From positions 136,106-200,105 of the forward strand of contig CALOBW010000055.1 in assembly GCA_942491525.1 (NCBI GenBank): DNA of 64,000 nucleotides, read 5' to 3'. The translations under genes were made by a program, and so were the position numbers. This document shows, piece by piece, positions 1-9,992 of this stretch (positions are counted from its first letter, which is position 1; every line of letters begins with the position of its first letter). The notes beneath the pieces were generated by a model that saw only the letters and a list, made by a program, of their open reading frames with translations, did not search any database and was not told the DNA's origin. This DNA comes from an uncultured Thermodesulfobacteriota bacterium. GTDB taxonomy: Bacteria; Desulfobacterota; Desulfomonilia; UBA1062.

Positions 1-466
1 AATGTAGAAATGTTCCATAGTATAAGGTTGCTGTTACATATACAGGATGGATGCGCTTGATGATGATTTTAGAAATTTTGTGATTAAGGCAATATTTAAG
101 GATATTTCTGAGTAGAGTTGTTCTTTTTATAATTTTTTTTGTACTGAAAAGCATTTGTTGGCAGATATAGAGTGGGGGAAGAGTGAATATAAGCACGGTA
201 ATCGCACTTAAATATAGGATCACCATTCTCGTGCTGTGTTTGATCAATCTAAGGGTATCTAGCAGCAGGGGATATATCCCTGGCAGAATATGCTTCTCCA
301 GAAGAATTGTTTCATAAGACTTTTTGGCTGAGGAATTTGCGTTACTGATTATATCATTGAATCCTACTACCTGAACAAGATAGTTTTTTGAGGCAGATTC
401 TGCCTCCCAATCAATTCTAGGATCTAACGAAGGATGGTGAGCCGCTAACATTTTAATTGTCTGCAT
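1..466 (-). CDS. possible hypothetical CDS with start in window and 3' end beyond left window edge (absent from ORF track because no in-window stop)
   Basis: Reverse-strand ATG at 466..464 preceded by AAGGAA (SD-like). Frame stays open ~155 codons to position 1 (MQTIKMLAAHHPSLDPRIDWEAES...). It lies 57 bp downstream of the wzt stop on the same strand. The AT-rich low-complexity C-terminal stretch lowers confidence. Confidence 0.3.
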   Translation of the reverse strand, partial: MQTIKMLAAHHPSLDPRIDWEAESASKNYLVQVVGFNDIISNANSSAKKSYETILLEKHILPGIYPLLLDTLRLIKHSTRMVILYLSAITVLIFTLPPLYICQQMLFSTKKIIKRTTLLRNILKYCLNHKISKIIIKRIHPVYVTATLYYGTFLH

Positions 467-523
467 TATTATTCCTTATTTATTAATATGTTCTATTAAT
501 TATTTATAGAGGGCGATTGCCTT

Positions 524-1837
524 CTATAATTTGTTTGTACTCCATGATAGTAGTGGTCTCAATGATCCGCTGTATTCACCATGGTAATCACCTTTGAGTA
601 CTCCATCATCCACTGCGTCAAATGAAGCGACGTTTTCAGTGCGGAAGCCATCATTCCAATGATTAATGAAACCAGAGATGCTTATGTTGTATCTTCCTGA
701 GTTAAGTAGATTGCCTGGAATAATACAGGTTGAGTAATAGGTTCCTTTGGTCAGATTGGAACCATAGTCGGGAGATTGATTGTTGAGCGAGCTGAAAACG
801 CTGTTTCCATCCATGTCGAAGAGCATGAGTGAAAATTGAGGAGATGTTTTATTCGTAGTAACTTCGAAGGTTATACGAATGTGTAGTTCATCAGTAAGAT
901 TAAAAATTGATGATTCCTTACCCTCTTTGGTTAGTAGGGTTACTGCAGCTATATTCAATGATTCATTCCCTGGACGGTCTTGGGTCTTCCATGTTGTGGA
1001 GCTTTTTGTGCGACTTCCCAATTCCAGATAGTTATTCACCACTTTTTGTATTTTGTCATCCTGTTCTATTTCTCCGGCACTAATTAAAATGCCTCGGCTA
1101 CAGAATTTGACCACAGCTGGCATGTTATGGCTGATAAATAGGATGGTACGGCCTTCTTGAGAAGATAGTTCATTCATTTTGCCAAGGCATTTTTTTTGAA
1201 AAGCCGCGTCGCCGACGGCTAAGACCTCATCTACAAGTAGTATTTCTGACTCAAGATGGGCGGCCACGGCAAAGGCTAGACGAACATACATACCGCTTGA
1301 GTAACGTTTTACGGGTGTATCAAGAAACCGTTCGATTTCAGAGAATGCTACAATTTCATCAAACTTACGGTTGATCTCAGCCTTGCGCATTCCTAGAATA
1401 GTTCCATTGAGATAAATATTCTCGCGGCCGGTCAACTCAGGGTGAAAGCCTGTGCCAACTTCTAGGAGACTTGCCACTCGTCCATGCAATTTTACTTCGC
1501 CGGATGTCGGTTCGGTGATGCGGCTGAGTATTTTGAGTAAAGTTGATTTGCCTGCACCGTTGCGCCCGATTATACCGACTACTTCTCCGGGGTGAACCTG
1601 GCAACTGATATTTTTTAGTGCCCATATCATATCTTCGCTGGGATTCATTCCGCTCCTTGTTGAATCCTGCTCTTTTGTTGAGAACCGAGTAAGTCTACGC
1701 ATGTTATTTAAGTTTCGAATCGGGGCGGCGAGTATATCGGCCATGGCTTCTCGTAGGTTTTGGCTTGTGTGGTTAGCGGCACCAATGCGATATGCCTTAG
1801 AGATATTGTTTATCTGGATTATTGGATGGGAAGTCAT
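524..1837 (-). CDS. wzt: O-antigen/polysaccharide ABC exporter ATP-binding protein Wzt with C-terminal carbohydrate-binding extension
   Basis: Walker [18 protein letters not shown] signature [14 protein letters not shown], Walker [13 protein letters not shown]. About 180-aa C-terminal beta-rich extension beyond the NBD, as in Wzt_C domains. Confidence 0.9.
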   Translation of the reverse strand: MTSHPIIQINNISKAYRIGAANHTSQNLREAMADILAAPIRNLNNMRRLTRFSTKEQDSTRSGMNPSEDMIWALKNISCQVHPGEVVGIIGRNGAGKSTLLKILSRITEPTSGEVKLHGRVASLLEVGTGFHPELTGRENIYLNGTILGMRKAEINRKFDEIVAFSEIERFLDTPVKRYSSGMYVRLAFAVAAHLESEILLVDEVLAVGDAAFQKKCLGKMNELSSQEGRTILFISHNMPAVVKFCSRGILISAGEIEQDDKIQKVVNNYLELGSRTKSSTTWKTQDRPGNESLNIAAVTLLTKEGKESSIFNLTDELHIRITFEVTTNKTSPQFSLMLFDMDGNSVFSSLNNQSPDYGSNLTKGTYYSTCIIPGNLLNSGRYNISISGFINHWNDGFRTENVASFDAVDDGVLKGDYHGEYSGSLRPLLSWSTNKL

Positions 1838-1839
1838 TG

Positions 1840-2667
1840 TTAGATTACATCCGCTAAGTGTTTTCTTGTCTGATTGAAATATATGAGTCCGATTATAAGT
1901 AGAATTGTGCTGACAATGCCAGATGTAATTATCATTACGATAGGAAAGTCTACGGTATCGAGTAGTACTGAACGGAAACCTTCTATTATACCAGTCATGG
2001 GGTTAAGTGAATAAACAAATTTCCATTTTTCAGGTACCAGTGAAGTTGGGTAGACAATGGGACTGGCGAACATCCAAAATTGTGTCAAAAAGGGGGTGAG
2101 ATATTGGATGTCGCGGTATCTTGCATTTAATGCTGAGAGAAGTAGTCCAGTACCTGTCGCAGTAATAACCATAAGCATGATCAGTATTGGTAAAAATACT
2201 ATGAAGATAGTGGGTTGGATTTGATAATAAAGAAGCATTCCAATTCCCACTCCGAAAGCGATGATGAAATCTAGTAATCCTGCCACCACAGGGGTAATGG
2301 GGATGAGTATTCGTGGAAAATAAACTTTGGATATTAAATGACTTGATCCGATAATACTGTTGCCGGAACTAGCGATTGCGGTTGAGAAATAGGTCCAGAT
2401 AACCATAGCCGTGTAATTAAAGATCGCATACGGTACTCCATCGGAAGGGATTTTTGCTAGACGGCCTAGGAATATTGTGAAGATCATCATCATGAATAAC
2501 GGGCGGATAACTGCCCACAAAAACCCTAAGATAGTTTGTTTGTATTTGACTTTGATGTCGCGGGCCACGAGAACGTATAGAAGATCTCGATATTGGCTTA
2601 GCTCATGGAAATCAATTAGTTGTAGGCCTTTTTTTACCTTAATGTGTACGTAGGGAGTTTCGTGCAT
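1840..2667 (-). CDS. wzm: ABC-2 type polysaccharide exporter permease Wzm
   Basis: 275 aa, six predicted TM helices, ABC-2 permease-like, immediately upstream of and overlapping wzt. Confidence 0.85.
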   Translation of the reverse strand: MHETPYVHIKVKKGLQLIDFHELSQYRDLLYVLVARDIKVKYKQTILGFLWAVIRPLFMMMIFTIFLGRLAKIPSDGVPYAIFNYTAMVIWTYFSTAIASSGNSIIGSSHLISKVYFPRILIPITPVVAGLLDFIIAFGVGIGMLLYYQIQPTIFIVFLPILIMLMVITATGTGLLLSALNARYRDIQYLTPFLTQFWMFASPIVYPTSLVPEKWKFVYSLNPMTGIIEGFRSVLLDTVDFPIVMIITSGIVSTILLIIGLIYFNQTRKHLADVI

Positions 2668-2696
2668 AATAGTTTAAATAGATGGTGCTATTTGTG

Positions 2697-2720
2697 TATA
2701 TAGCTCCGCCATTCCGGGTG
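2697..2720. repeat. left copy of 24-bp inverted repeat (tatatagctccgccattccgggtg)
   Basis: Matches reverse complement of 5288..5311 at 23/24 positions. Located in wzm-GT4 intergenic spacer. Confidence 0.8.
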
Positions 2721-2797
2721 TATCCGGTTGGAATGAGTATTTATTGTGATCATAGCGCTGCATGGTTTCTATGTTTATCTGAATAAACGATTAAATC

Positions 2798-3913
2798 TTA
2801 AGTCATGGACGTGTATAGATCAACATATCTTTGGGCGATGGTGGTCCATGAAGTGTCACAGCTAACCTGTGTGCGTTTTTTTTCAAGCGTTGAAATCGTT
2901 ATGCGATTGTTAAGGGCATCGATGATTCTGTTGGCCAGCTCAAGGTCATTGCCTGGGGGAAACAGATAGCCGTCTGATCCATGATTGATCCAGGGGTGAT
3001 TAGCTTCGATATCGGTTACTACCGGGATTAAGCCGGCGCTTATGGCTTCCAGCAGGGCGATGGAGGTGCCGTCTTCGGTGGCCGTGGATATAAAAATTTT
3101 GGATTTGGCCATTATCTGGGCAACTTCCTCGTTGGAGACTCGCCCTCTGATTTCGATGAAATCTGAGACGTTGAGTTTGTTGACCAGCGCTCTGAGTATT
3201 TCAAGCATTGATCCATCACCAACCATCAGAAAGCGGGCATCGGGGTGTTTTTTTAAAACATGGGGAATTGATCTGATAAAGGTTGCCGGATCGTATATTT
3301 TTTCCATGCTGCGGGCATAGAGAATTATCGGTGGACGGTTGCCTGGTTCAATTGAGCTGAAGATATCGGCAGATCCTGAAGGAATTATTTCAGCATTTCT
3401 TAATGATGCAATACTCTGCATCTGTCTGGATACAATGACCAATCGGTCTGATAAATTTGTGGCAAGGCGGAAGAGAAGGCCAATGGGGCCTTTTTGTCCG
3501 ATGCGGGTGTCCATGCCGCGGGCGGTATTTATTACCGGTGTTCTTGTTATCTTGCCTACGATGCCGGCAATCAAGCCGGTTGGAACAATCCAGTGTCCAT
3601 GAATGATGTCGGGTCGTTCCTTAATTACTAGAGTTAGGGCTTTGCAGAGGCCGGTTAACATGTAGATTGACATGGCGATGATTGGCACTTTGTTTGTTTG
3701 ATTGAGCGGTTTGTCATCGCTTGGATAGCGGAATCTGTAGACTGGGATATCGTCGTCAAGTTCAAAACGGGGACTTTGACGGAAGACTTGGGGCGTCAGA
3801 ACAATGGTATCGATGCCTTGCGCTTTTAGTGCAAGGCAGAGTTTTTTTATGAAGATTCCACGATAGGATTCAGGAAAGTCGGGGTAGCCGTTTGAAATCA
3901 TAAGAACCTTCAT
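2798..3913 (-). CDS. glycosyltransferase family 4 (GT-B, retaining)
   Basis: C-terminal GT1/GT4 signature region KIFISTATEDGTSIALLEAISAGLIPVVTDI...GYLF. N-terminal Rossmann-like domain. Confidence 0.8.
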   Translation of the reverse strand: MKVLMISNGYPDFPESYRGIFIKKLCLALKAQGIDTIVLTPQVFRQSPRFELDDDIPVYRFRYPSDDKPLNQTNKVPIIAMSIYMLTGLCKALTLVIKERPDIIHGHWIVPTGLIAGIVGKITRTPVINTARGMDTRIGQKGPIGLLFRLATNLSDRLVIVSRQMQSIASLRNAEIIPSGSADIFSSIEPGNRPPIILYARSMEKIYDPATFIRSIPHVLKKHPDARFLMVGDGSMLEILRALVNKLNVSDFIEIRGRVSNEEVAQIMAKSKIFISTATEDGTSIALLEAISAGLIPVVTDIEANHPWINHGSDGYLFPPGNDLELANRIIDALNNRITISTLEKKRTQVSCDTSWTTIAQRYVDLYTSMT

Positions 3914-4046
3914 GCCAGATCTATAGCATGTAAATTGAAAGGCTGAAAGGTTACATGATCAGAATGTTATTCTATGGTTGTACTCGTTTGATTGTTGTTA
4001 TAGAGCTCATAGCAAATACGCTTATGCGCTTGAAAACGGAGGAGAT
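3914..4046. promoter_or_regulatory. divergent intergenic promoter region between GT4 (-) and wbpE-like (+)
   Basis: 133-bp AT-rich spacer between divergently oriented genes. GGAGG SD at 4037..4041 upstream of ATG 4047. No specific -35/-10 assigned. Confidence 0.3.
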
Positions 4047-5210
4047 ATGATCCCATTTATCGATCTTAAGAAACAGCAGGATCTGATTATAGATAAAATT
4101 AACGAAAATATTCAAAAGGTTCTTAGTCATGGCGGCTATATTATGGGTCCAGAGGTTACAGAACTTGAGACGCGGCTAGCTGAGTATGTGGAAGTTAAAC
4201 ATGCCATCTCGTGCTCGTCCGGTACGGATGCTCTGCTAATGGCCCTGATGGCCTACGGTGTTGGCCCGGGCGACGCAATTTTTACAACCCCCTTTACTTT
4301 TGTGGCTACGGCTGAGGTCATTGCACTGCTGGGAGCAACGCCCGTATTTGTAGATATTGATCCGAAGACCTTCAATATCGATCCTGCCCTTTTGCAAAAG
4401 GCAATTGCTGCGCTGAAAGCAAAGGATACATCGATGCATCCTTTGCCTGCCGGTTATGAGAAGTTGACACCGCGTGGGATAATTCCGGTAGACCTGTTCG
4501 GTCAGCCGGCCGATTATGATCGGATCAATGCAATTGCAGCAGAAAACGATCTTTTTGTGATCGAGGACGCCTGTCAGTCATTCGGAGCTGAATATAAGGG
4601 GCGCAAGGCCTGTTCATTGGCAGAGGCGGCTGCGACCTCATTTTTTCCAGCCAAGCCCCTAGGCTGTTATGGTGACGGCGGCATGGTCTTTACCAATGAC
4701 GATGAGTTGGCTGAGAAGATGATTTCTGTGCGTATCCACGGCAAGGGGTCTGACAAGTATGATAATATTCGCATCGGCATTAACGGCCGTCTGGATACCA
4801 TGCAGGCTGCCATTCTCTTGGCCAAGATGGATATCTTCCCGGATGAGGTTGTCAAACGTCAGGCTGTGGCAGGCAGATATTCTGAACTGTTGAAAAATGT
4901 TGTCGAGTGCCCCTATGTTGAGGATGACAACTTGAGCGCCTGGGCTCAGTATTGTGTGCTTTCCGATGACCGGGATGCGATGCAGGAAAAGTTGAAGGCA
5001 GCTGGCGTTCCTAGCGCCATCTACTATCCGATCCCGCTTCATCTACAGAGTGGTTACAGTTATCTAGCGTACAAATCTGGAGATTTTGTGGTTTCTGAAA
5101 ATGCTGCTGAGAACATTTTTGCGTTACCTATGCATCCCTATCTTGATGGGGGCGAACAACAGCAAATAGTGGAGCCCTTAGTGAGTTATGTATCCTTTGG
5201 GATGCCTTGA
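4047..5210 (+). CDS. wbpE: DegT/DnrJ/EryC1/StrS-family PLP sugar aminotransferase, WbpE/WlbC-like (UDP-2-acetamido-2-deoxy-3-oxo-glucuronate aminotransferase type)
   Basis: Start moved to ATG 4047 with GGAGG SD. MIPFIDLKKQQ...GPEVTELE...SCSSGTDAL...DIDPKTFNIDP...SFFPAKPLGCYGDGG (PLP-Lys motif). Strong WbpE-like N-terminus. Confidence 0.8.
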   Translation: MIPFIDLKKQQDLIIDKINENIQKVLSHGGYIMGPEVTELETRLAEYVEVKHAISCSSGTDALLMALMAYGVGPGDAIFTTPFTFVATAEVIALLGATPVFVDIDPKTFNIDPALLQKAIAALKAKDTSMHPLPAGYEKLTPRGIIPVDLFGQPADYDRINAIAAENDLFVIEDACQSFGAEYKGRKACSLAEAAATSFFPAKPLGCYGDGGMVFTNDDELAEKMISVRIHGKGSDKYDNIRIGINGRLDTMQAAILLAKMDIFPDEVVKRQAVAGRYSELLKNVVECPYVEDDNLSAWAQYCVLSDDRDAMQEKLKAAGVPSAIYYPIPLHLQSGYSYLAYKSGDFVVSENAAENIFALPMHPYLDGGEQQQIVEPLVSYVSFGMP

Positions 5211-5287
5211 CGAATTGGTGTTGTTAATATAGCACGTCGATACTTCGGTATGTTTTGATTTACTAAAATATTAGCAGTATGTCCGGT

Positions 5288-5311
5288 CACCCGGAATGGC
5301 GGAGCTGTATA
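5288..5311. repeat. right copy of 24-bp inverted repeat
   Basis: cacccggaatggcggagctgtata is the reverse complement of the 2697..2720 repeat with 1 mismatch. Located in wbpE-wzz spacer just upstream of wzz RBS. Confidence 0.8.
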
Positions 5312-5327
5312 TTCTGTAGGAGATTAG

Positions 5328-6278
5328 ATGATGAGTGTACAAAAAGCACATGAAGTTTATGAAGATGAAATCGATCTGGTAGAAATCGTTGCTGTCTTGT
5401 GGCGTCGCAAATGGCTGATTCTGTCAGTTGCGGTTATTGTATCTCTTGCTTGCGCGCTTCATTCGTTTTCAAAAGAGAAGCTTTATACGGTATCAGCAAC
5501 TGTTATGCCTAACAGTTTGAGCTATGATGAAAGTGGCGACCCTCAATATGTTGATGATGTTAAGAATTTTAAGGCGAAGATTAATGGTGGCTGTTATTGG
5601 GATGAATTAAAGAGCAAGTCATCGGATGGTTGGTTGCCGTCATTTAGCGTCAATGTGAATGAGGTTGCTCGGGAAATAGTGATATCTTCTAATGTGGTCA
5701 AAGAGAGGGTTGATCAGACAAAGATTTTATTGGGTGATCTTAGTCGTTTGGTTAACCGTGATTATGAGAACCGTGTTTTGATTCAGCTGCAAGCTATAGA
5801 GCTTGAACAGGAAAAGTTGGCCATGCTGCTTAAGGAGGAACAAAATATTGTTGCAGAGATGAAAGCTGTCTCGTTAAGTATGTCTGAGCTGGTTGAACGG
5901 CGTGATAACTTTATTAAACAGAATCCATCTGCTTCTGACAGCACAGCCTTGCTTTATGCTACCGCAATCCAGCAGGATAGAGGTTATTTGAATCAGCTTA
6001 GCAATCAGTTGAAATCGGTCCGGGCGCAATTGCTGCTTAATAAGTTTAAATTTCAGAAGATGAAGCTGGCAAATGATTCTGGTGATGGTCAACAGATTGT
6101 GGCGTTGGTTACCATTCATGAACCGGCTGCGACAACCAGTCCGATTTCTCAGCATGGAAAACGTAATGTGTTGCTTTCGTTGATTGTCGGGTTGATTTTG
6201 GGTGTCTTTGTGGCATTTGTGGTGCAGTTTGCCGAGATTGTGCGGCATAGAAAAAGGAACTTTTCTAATCATAATTGA
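5328..6278 (+). CDS. wzz: polysaccharide chain-length determinant (Wzz/PCP-like) protein
   Basis: N-terminal TM after LVEIVAVLWRRKWLIL, long coiled-coil periplasmic region, second TM near C-terminus (LLSLIVGLILGVFVAFVV). Confidence 0.65.
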   Translation: MMSVQKAHEVYEDEIDLVEIVAVLWRRKWLILSVAVIVSLACALHSFSKEKLYTVSATVMPNSLSYDESGDPQYVDDVKNFKAKINGGCYWDELKSKSSDGWLPSFSVNVNEVAREIVISSNVVKERVDQTKILLGDLSRLVNRDYENRVLIQLQAIELEQEKLAMLLKEEQNIVAEMKAVSLSMSELVERRDNFIKQNPSASDSTALLYATAIQQDRGYLNQLSNQLKSVRAQLLLNKFKFQKMKLANDSGDGQQIVALVTIHEPAATTSPISQHGKRNVLLSLIVGLILGVFVAFVVQFAEIVRHRKRNFSNHN

Positions 6279-6287
6279 GAGGTTTAT

Positions 6288-7298
6288 GTGAATATCTCGG
6301 GAAAAAATGTTTTGGTTACAGGTGCAGATGGCTTCATCGGGTCTCATTTGACAGAAACTCTTGTGCGGCAAGGTTATGATGTTCGTGCGTTTGTGATGTA
6401 TAATTCTTTTAATTCTTGGGGATGGTTGGATCAGGCTGATTCTGAAGTGCAGAAAAATATGGATGTATTTGCTGGTGACATCAGAGATCCCCATGGAGTG
6501 CGTCAGGCCATGCAGGGTTGTGATATTGTAATGCATCTGGCTGCCCTGATTGCTATCCCATATTCATATCACTCTCCTGACACCTATGTGGATACAAATG
6601 TTAAGGGCACATTGAATGTTGTGCAGGCTGCTCGTGATTTGGGCGTCGAAAAAGTGGTACATACATCTACTAGCGAAGTGTATGGCACGGCTAGATTTGT
6701 GCCGATTACAGAGGAACATCCCCTGCAGGGGCAGTCGCCGTACTCGGCATCCAAGATTGGCGCAGATCAGATGGCATTGTCTTTTTATCAGTCATTTGAT
6801 ACGCCTGTGGCAGTGATTCGTCCATTCAATACTTACGGCCCCAGGCAGTCTGCTCGGGCTGTTATTCCTACAATTATTGGGCAGATCGCTAATGGTAAGC
6901 GAAAGATCAAGTTGGGATCGTTGCATCCGACCCGAGACTTTAATTATGTCAAGGATACTGTTAGGGGATTTTTAGCAGTTGCCGAGGCTGATTCTTCTGT
7001 TGGTGAAGTGATTAATATCGGTAGTAACTATGAGATTTCTATCGGTGATACCGTTGAGCTGATATCAGAGGTGATGGGGGTTAATATTGAAATTGAAACT
7101 GATGATCAGCGTCTGCGACCTGAAAAGAGTGAAGTTGAACGTCTCTGGGCTGACAATGCCAAAGCTAAAGAGTTGGTTGGTTGGGCTCCTGAATATGGTG
7201 AGCGTGATGGTTTTAAACGAGGATTAGCTGAAACGGTAGAGTGGTTTACCAATTCGGATAATTTGAAACAGTATAAAACTTCAATTTATAATATTTAA
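6288..7298 (+). CDS. NAD-dependent NDP-sugar 4,6-dehydratase, LegB-like (nonulosonate pathway)
   Basis: VLVTGADGFIGSHL Rossmann motif, YSASK catalytic motif, YNSFNSWGWLD segment typical of the LegB-like dehydratase subgroup. Confidence 0.7.
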   Translation: MNISGKNVLVTGADGFIGSHLTETLVRQGYDVRAFVMYNSFNSWGWLDQADSEVQKNMDVFAGDIRDPHGVRQAMQGCDIVMHLAALIAIPYSYHSPDTYVDTNVKGTLNVVQAARDLGVEKVVHTSTSEVYGTARFVPITEEHPLQGQSPYSASKIGADQMALSFYQSFDTPVAVIRPFNTYGPRQSARAVIPTIIGQIANGKRKIKLGSLHPTRDFNYVKDTVRGFLAVAEADSSVGEVINIGSNYEISIGDTVELISEVMGVNIEIETDDQRLRPEKSEVERLWADNAKAKELVGWAPEYGERDGFKRGLAETVEWFTNSDNLKQYKTSIYNI

Positions 7299-7314
7299 AA
7301 GTAAGTTAATTGGA

Positions 7315-8469
7315 ATGAACGAAAAATTTAGAAAGATAGTCAGCTGTATTCGGGAGCAATATAACTGTCCTGATGAATTTATTCCACTGCATGCGCCAGT
7401 ATTTAATGGGAATGAGAAAAAATATCTGATTGACTGTATTGATTCAACGTTTGTTTCTAGCGTTGGTAAGTTTGTTGATCGGTTTGAGGAGATGGTTGCT
7501 GACTATACCGGTGCTGAATATGCAATTGCCACTGTAAATGGTACCGCTGCATTGCATATAGCATTACTTTTGGTTGGAGTTGAACCGGAAGATGAAGTGC
7601 TAACTCAGGCTCTTACTTTTGTAGCAACTCCCAATGCAGTCAGTTATTGTGGAGCAACTCCTGTTTTCCTTGATAGTGATCGAATGACTTTAGGGTTGAG
7701 TCCGGAAGCTTTACGTACTTTTTTATCTGAAAATGCTGAAAAGCGTGCTGATGAATATACTTATAACCGAAAGTCGGGGAAACGGATCAAGGCTTGTGTT
7801 CCAATGCATGTGTTTGGCCATCCTGTCAGGGTTCTTGAACTGAAATCTATCTGTGATAGTTATAATATTACGCTAGTTGAGGATGCCGCGGAGTCATTAG
7901 GTAGTTTTTATGGTGAGCAACATACAGGAACCTTTGGTAAGTTAGGTGTTCTAAGTTTTAATGGTAATAAGACTCTTACTACCGGCGGTGGTGGGATGAT
8001 TCTTACTAATGATGAAAAGTTGGCCCGGCAGGCAAAACATTTGACCACTACTGCTAAACAGCCTCATGCCTGGGAGTATGTTCATGATCAGGTTGGTTAT
8101 AACTATCGGCTTCCCAATCTGAATGCAGCTTTGGGTTGTGCTCAGATGGAACAGTTGGATACTTTTCTTGAATATAAGCGTCATCTGGCCGGTAATTATT
8201 GGCAATGCTTTGATGTATTGGGTGTGAAGTTTATTTCCGTTCCGGATGGATGTATTTCAAATTATTGGTTGAATGCGATTGTTTTGGAAGATCGAAATGA
8301 ACGCGATAAGTTTCTTGAATACTCTAATGCCAATGGTGTTATGACAAGACCATTGTGGATGCTGGCATCATCTCTTAAGATGTATCATGAGTGTGAAACG
8401 GATGGGCTTGATAATGCAAGGTGGTTTGAGGAGAGAGTTGTTAATATTCCGAGTGGTGTAATGGTATGA
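7315..8469 (+). CDS. DegT-family aminotransferase, LegC/PseC-like
   Basis: DegT fold with LSFNGNKTLTTGGGG PLP-Lys motif. Adjacent to the dehydratase and NeuD-like acetyltransferase. Confidence 0.8.
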   Translation: MNEKFRKIVSCIREQYNCPDEFIPLHAPVFNGNEKKYLIDCIDSTFVSSVGKFVDRFEEMVADYTGAEYAIATVNGTAALHIALLLVGVEPEDEVLTQALTFVATPNAVSYCGATPVFLDSDRMTLGLSPEALRTFLSENAEKRADEYTYNRKSGKRIKACVPMHVFGHPVRVLELKSICDSYNITLVEDAAESLGSFYGEQHTGTFGKLGVLSFNGNKTLTTGGGGMILTNDEKLARQAKHLTTTAKQPHAWEYVHDQVGYNYRLPNLNAALGCAQMEQLDTFLEYKRHLAGNYWQCFDVLGVKFISVPDGCISNYWLNAIVLEDRNERDKFLEYSNANGVMTRPLWMLASSLKMYHECETDGLDNARWFEERVVNIPSGVMV

Positions 8470-9080
8470 AGCCCGAGATTATTCTTATTGGTGGCGGTGG
8501 CCACTGTAAATCTTGCATTGATGTTATTGAGCAGCAAGATAAATTTAAGATATCTGGTATTGTTGATGTGAAGGATAAATTGCACCGAAGATTATTAGGT
8601 TATGAAATAATTGCTACTGATGATGACTTACCTGCACTTGTTAAAGAATATAGAAATTTTCATATTGCTATTGGACAGATCAAAGATCCAGCCCCCAGAA
8701 TTAAGTTGTTTCAAATTTTAAAGAGATTATCTGTTAATATTCCAGAAATTATATCACCCAAGGCTCATGTTTCACCCCATGCCATAGTTGGGGAAGGATC
8801 AATAATAATGCATCATGCGCTTGTTAATGCAGGTGCAAAGATCGGCAATAATTGTATCGTAAATACAAAGACTTTAATTGAGCATGATGCTACTATTGAA
8901 GATTATTGTCATGTTGCTACGGCGGCGGTGATAAATGGCGGATGCAGTATCGGCAAGGGGGCCTTTATAGGCAGTAATGTTGTTTGCCGAGAATCAATAT
9001 CTATCGGAGAGTTTTCTGTTGTTGGATGTGGAGTTAAGTTGGTTGAAAATGTAGATTCATATTCGTTGGTTGTGAAGTAG
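8466..9080 (+). CDS. NeuD/PglD-family hexapeptide-repeat sugar N-acetyltransferase (LegH-like)
   Basis: MKPEIILIGGGGHCKSCIDVI N-terminal NeuD-type domain followed by left-handed beta-helix hexapeptide repeats. Confidence 0.75.
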   Translation: MKPEIILIGGGGHCKSCIDVIEQQDKFKISGIVDVKDKLHRRLLGYEIIATDDDLPALVKEYRNFHIAIGQIKDPAPRIKLFQILKRLSVNIPEIISPKAHVSPHAIVGEGSIIMHHALVNAGAKIGNNCIVNTKTLIEHDATIEDYCHVATAAVINGGCSIGKGAFIGSNVVCRESISIGEFSVVGCGVKLVENVDSYSLVVK

Positions 9081-9116
9081 TTATTTGACTTATCGAATAT
9101 TGATTTTGTTGATTAA

Positions 9117-9992
9117 TTGAAAAATAAAGTAGTTTTTTTTACAGTTGTATATCCTGGCGTCGAGAAGTTTCTTGATGATTTCTTTAACTCTTTATGCAGG
9201 CAAACATTTCAAGAATTTGATGTTCTAGTATTTAATGATGGTGTTCGTGGTCTTTGGGATTACTGCAGGCCGTATAATGAGCTTAAGGTAATAGAAATTA
9301 GTGCAACTGGCACGCCGTCAAAGATAAGAGAGCAGGGCATTTGTTATTTGCTCTCAAATACTGAATATGAGTATATTGTTTTCGGAGACAGTGACGACTG
9401 TTTTCCAGATGAAAGGTTACATGTCGTCTTAGAGTTGCTTAATGAGTATGATATCGTTGTCAATGATTTAGATCTTTTTAATGATGATGATGTCTTAAGT
9501 AGAGGCTATATTTCACAACGTATTGCAAGTGGTACAGAGATTAATGCTGAAATGCTGATGCGTAGTAATATTATGGGATTGTCAAATACCTCGGTTCGTC
9601 GAGAATGTCTAACGCTTGAAGCGTTGCCTGGTAATTTGATAGCTGTTGATTGGTATCTATTTAGTCGCATGTTGCATCAAGGATTTTGCGCTGTTTTTAC
9701 AGATGAAACTAAAACTGACTATAGGCAGTATGAGGATAACACTGTGGGTATTGGAACAATATCCAAGGAAAAATTGTTACGGCTAATTACAGTAAAGAAT
9801 TTGCATTATCAAGAGATGGCGAAAGATTATCCAGAGTACATGAGTCTCGTTGAAACATATTCTCAAATGCGATCACTTGTTGAAGAAAATAAAGATATGT
9901 TAACGTTATTTCTTGATAAAATTGAAAATGCAAAGATTGCCAATCCGCTATGGTGGGAAGAGACTACGGTGCTGGAGGATATAGTTTTATGA
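9117..9992 (+). CDS. GT-A-like (glycosyltransferase family 2-like) protein of unclear role sitting where a hydrolysing 2-epimerase would be expected
   Basis: VVFFTVVYPGVEKF...DVLVFNDG...IVFGDSDD (DxD-like) resembles a GT-A fold. No NeuC/LegG-like motifs. Confidence 0.4.
   Translation: MKNKVVFFTVVYPGVEKFLDDFFNSLCRQTFQEFDVLVFNDGVRGLWDYCRPYNELKVIEISATGTPSKIREQGICYLLSNTEYEYIVFGDSDDCFPDERLHVVLELLNEYDIVVNDLDLFNDDDVLSRGYISQRIASGTEINAEMLMRSNIMGLSNTSVRRECLTLEALPGNLIAVDWYLFSRMLHQGFCAVFTDETKTDYRQYEDNTVGIGTISKEKLLRLITVKNLHYQEMAKDYPEYMSLVETYSQMRSLVEENKDMLTLFLDKIENAKIANPLWWEETTVLEDIVL

Noticed and set aside
3042-3602. Two + strand ORFs (92 and 87 aa) inside the GT4 gene
   Set aside because: Antisense to a motif-supported glycosyltransferase on the minus strand. 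No independent support.
3978-4046. ORF-track start of the WbpE-like aminotransferase at 3978
   Set aside because: The N-terminal 23 residues (MYSFDCCYRAHSKYAYALENGGD) have no counterpart in DegT proteins. An ATG at 4047 with a perfect GGAGG Shine-Dalgarno gives the canonical MIPFIDLK start.
5874-6536. 220-aa minus-strand ORF spanning the wzz/legB-like boundary
   Set aside because: Antisense to two confident + strand genes. Composition dominated by I/N/K/H from AT-rich antisense codons. No motifs.
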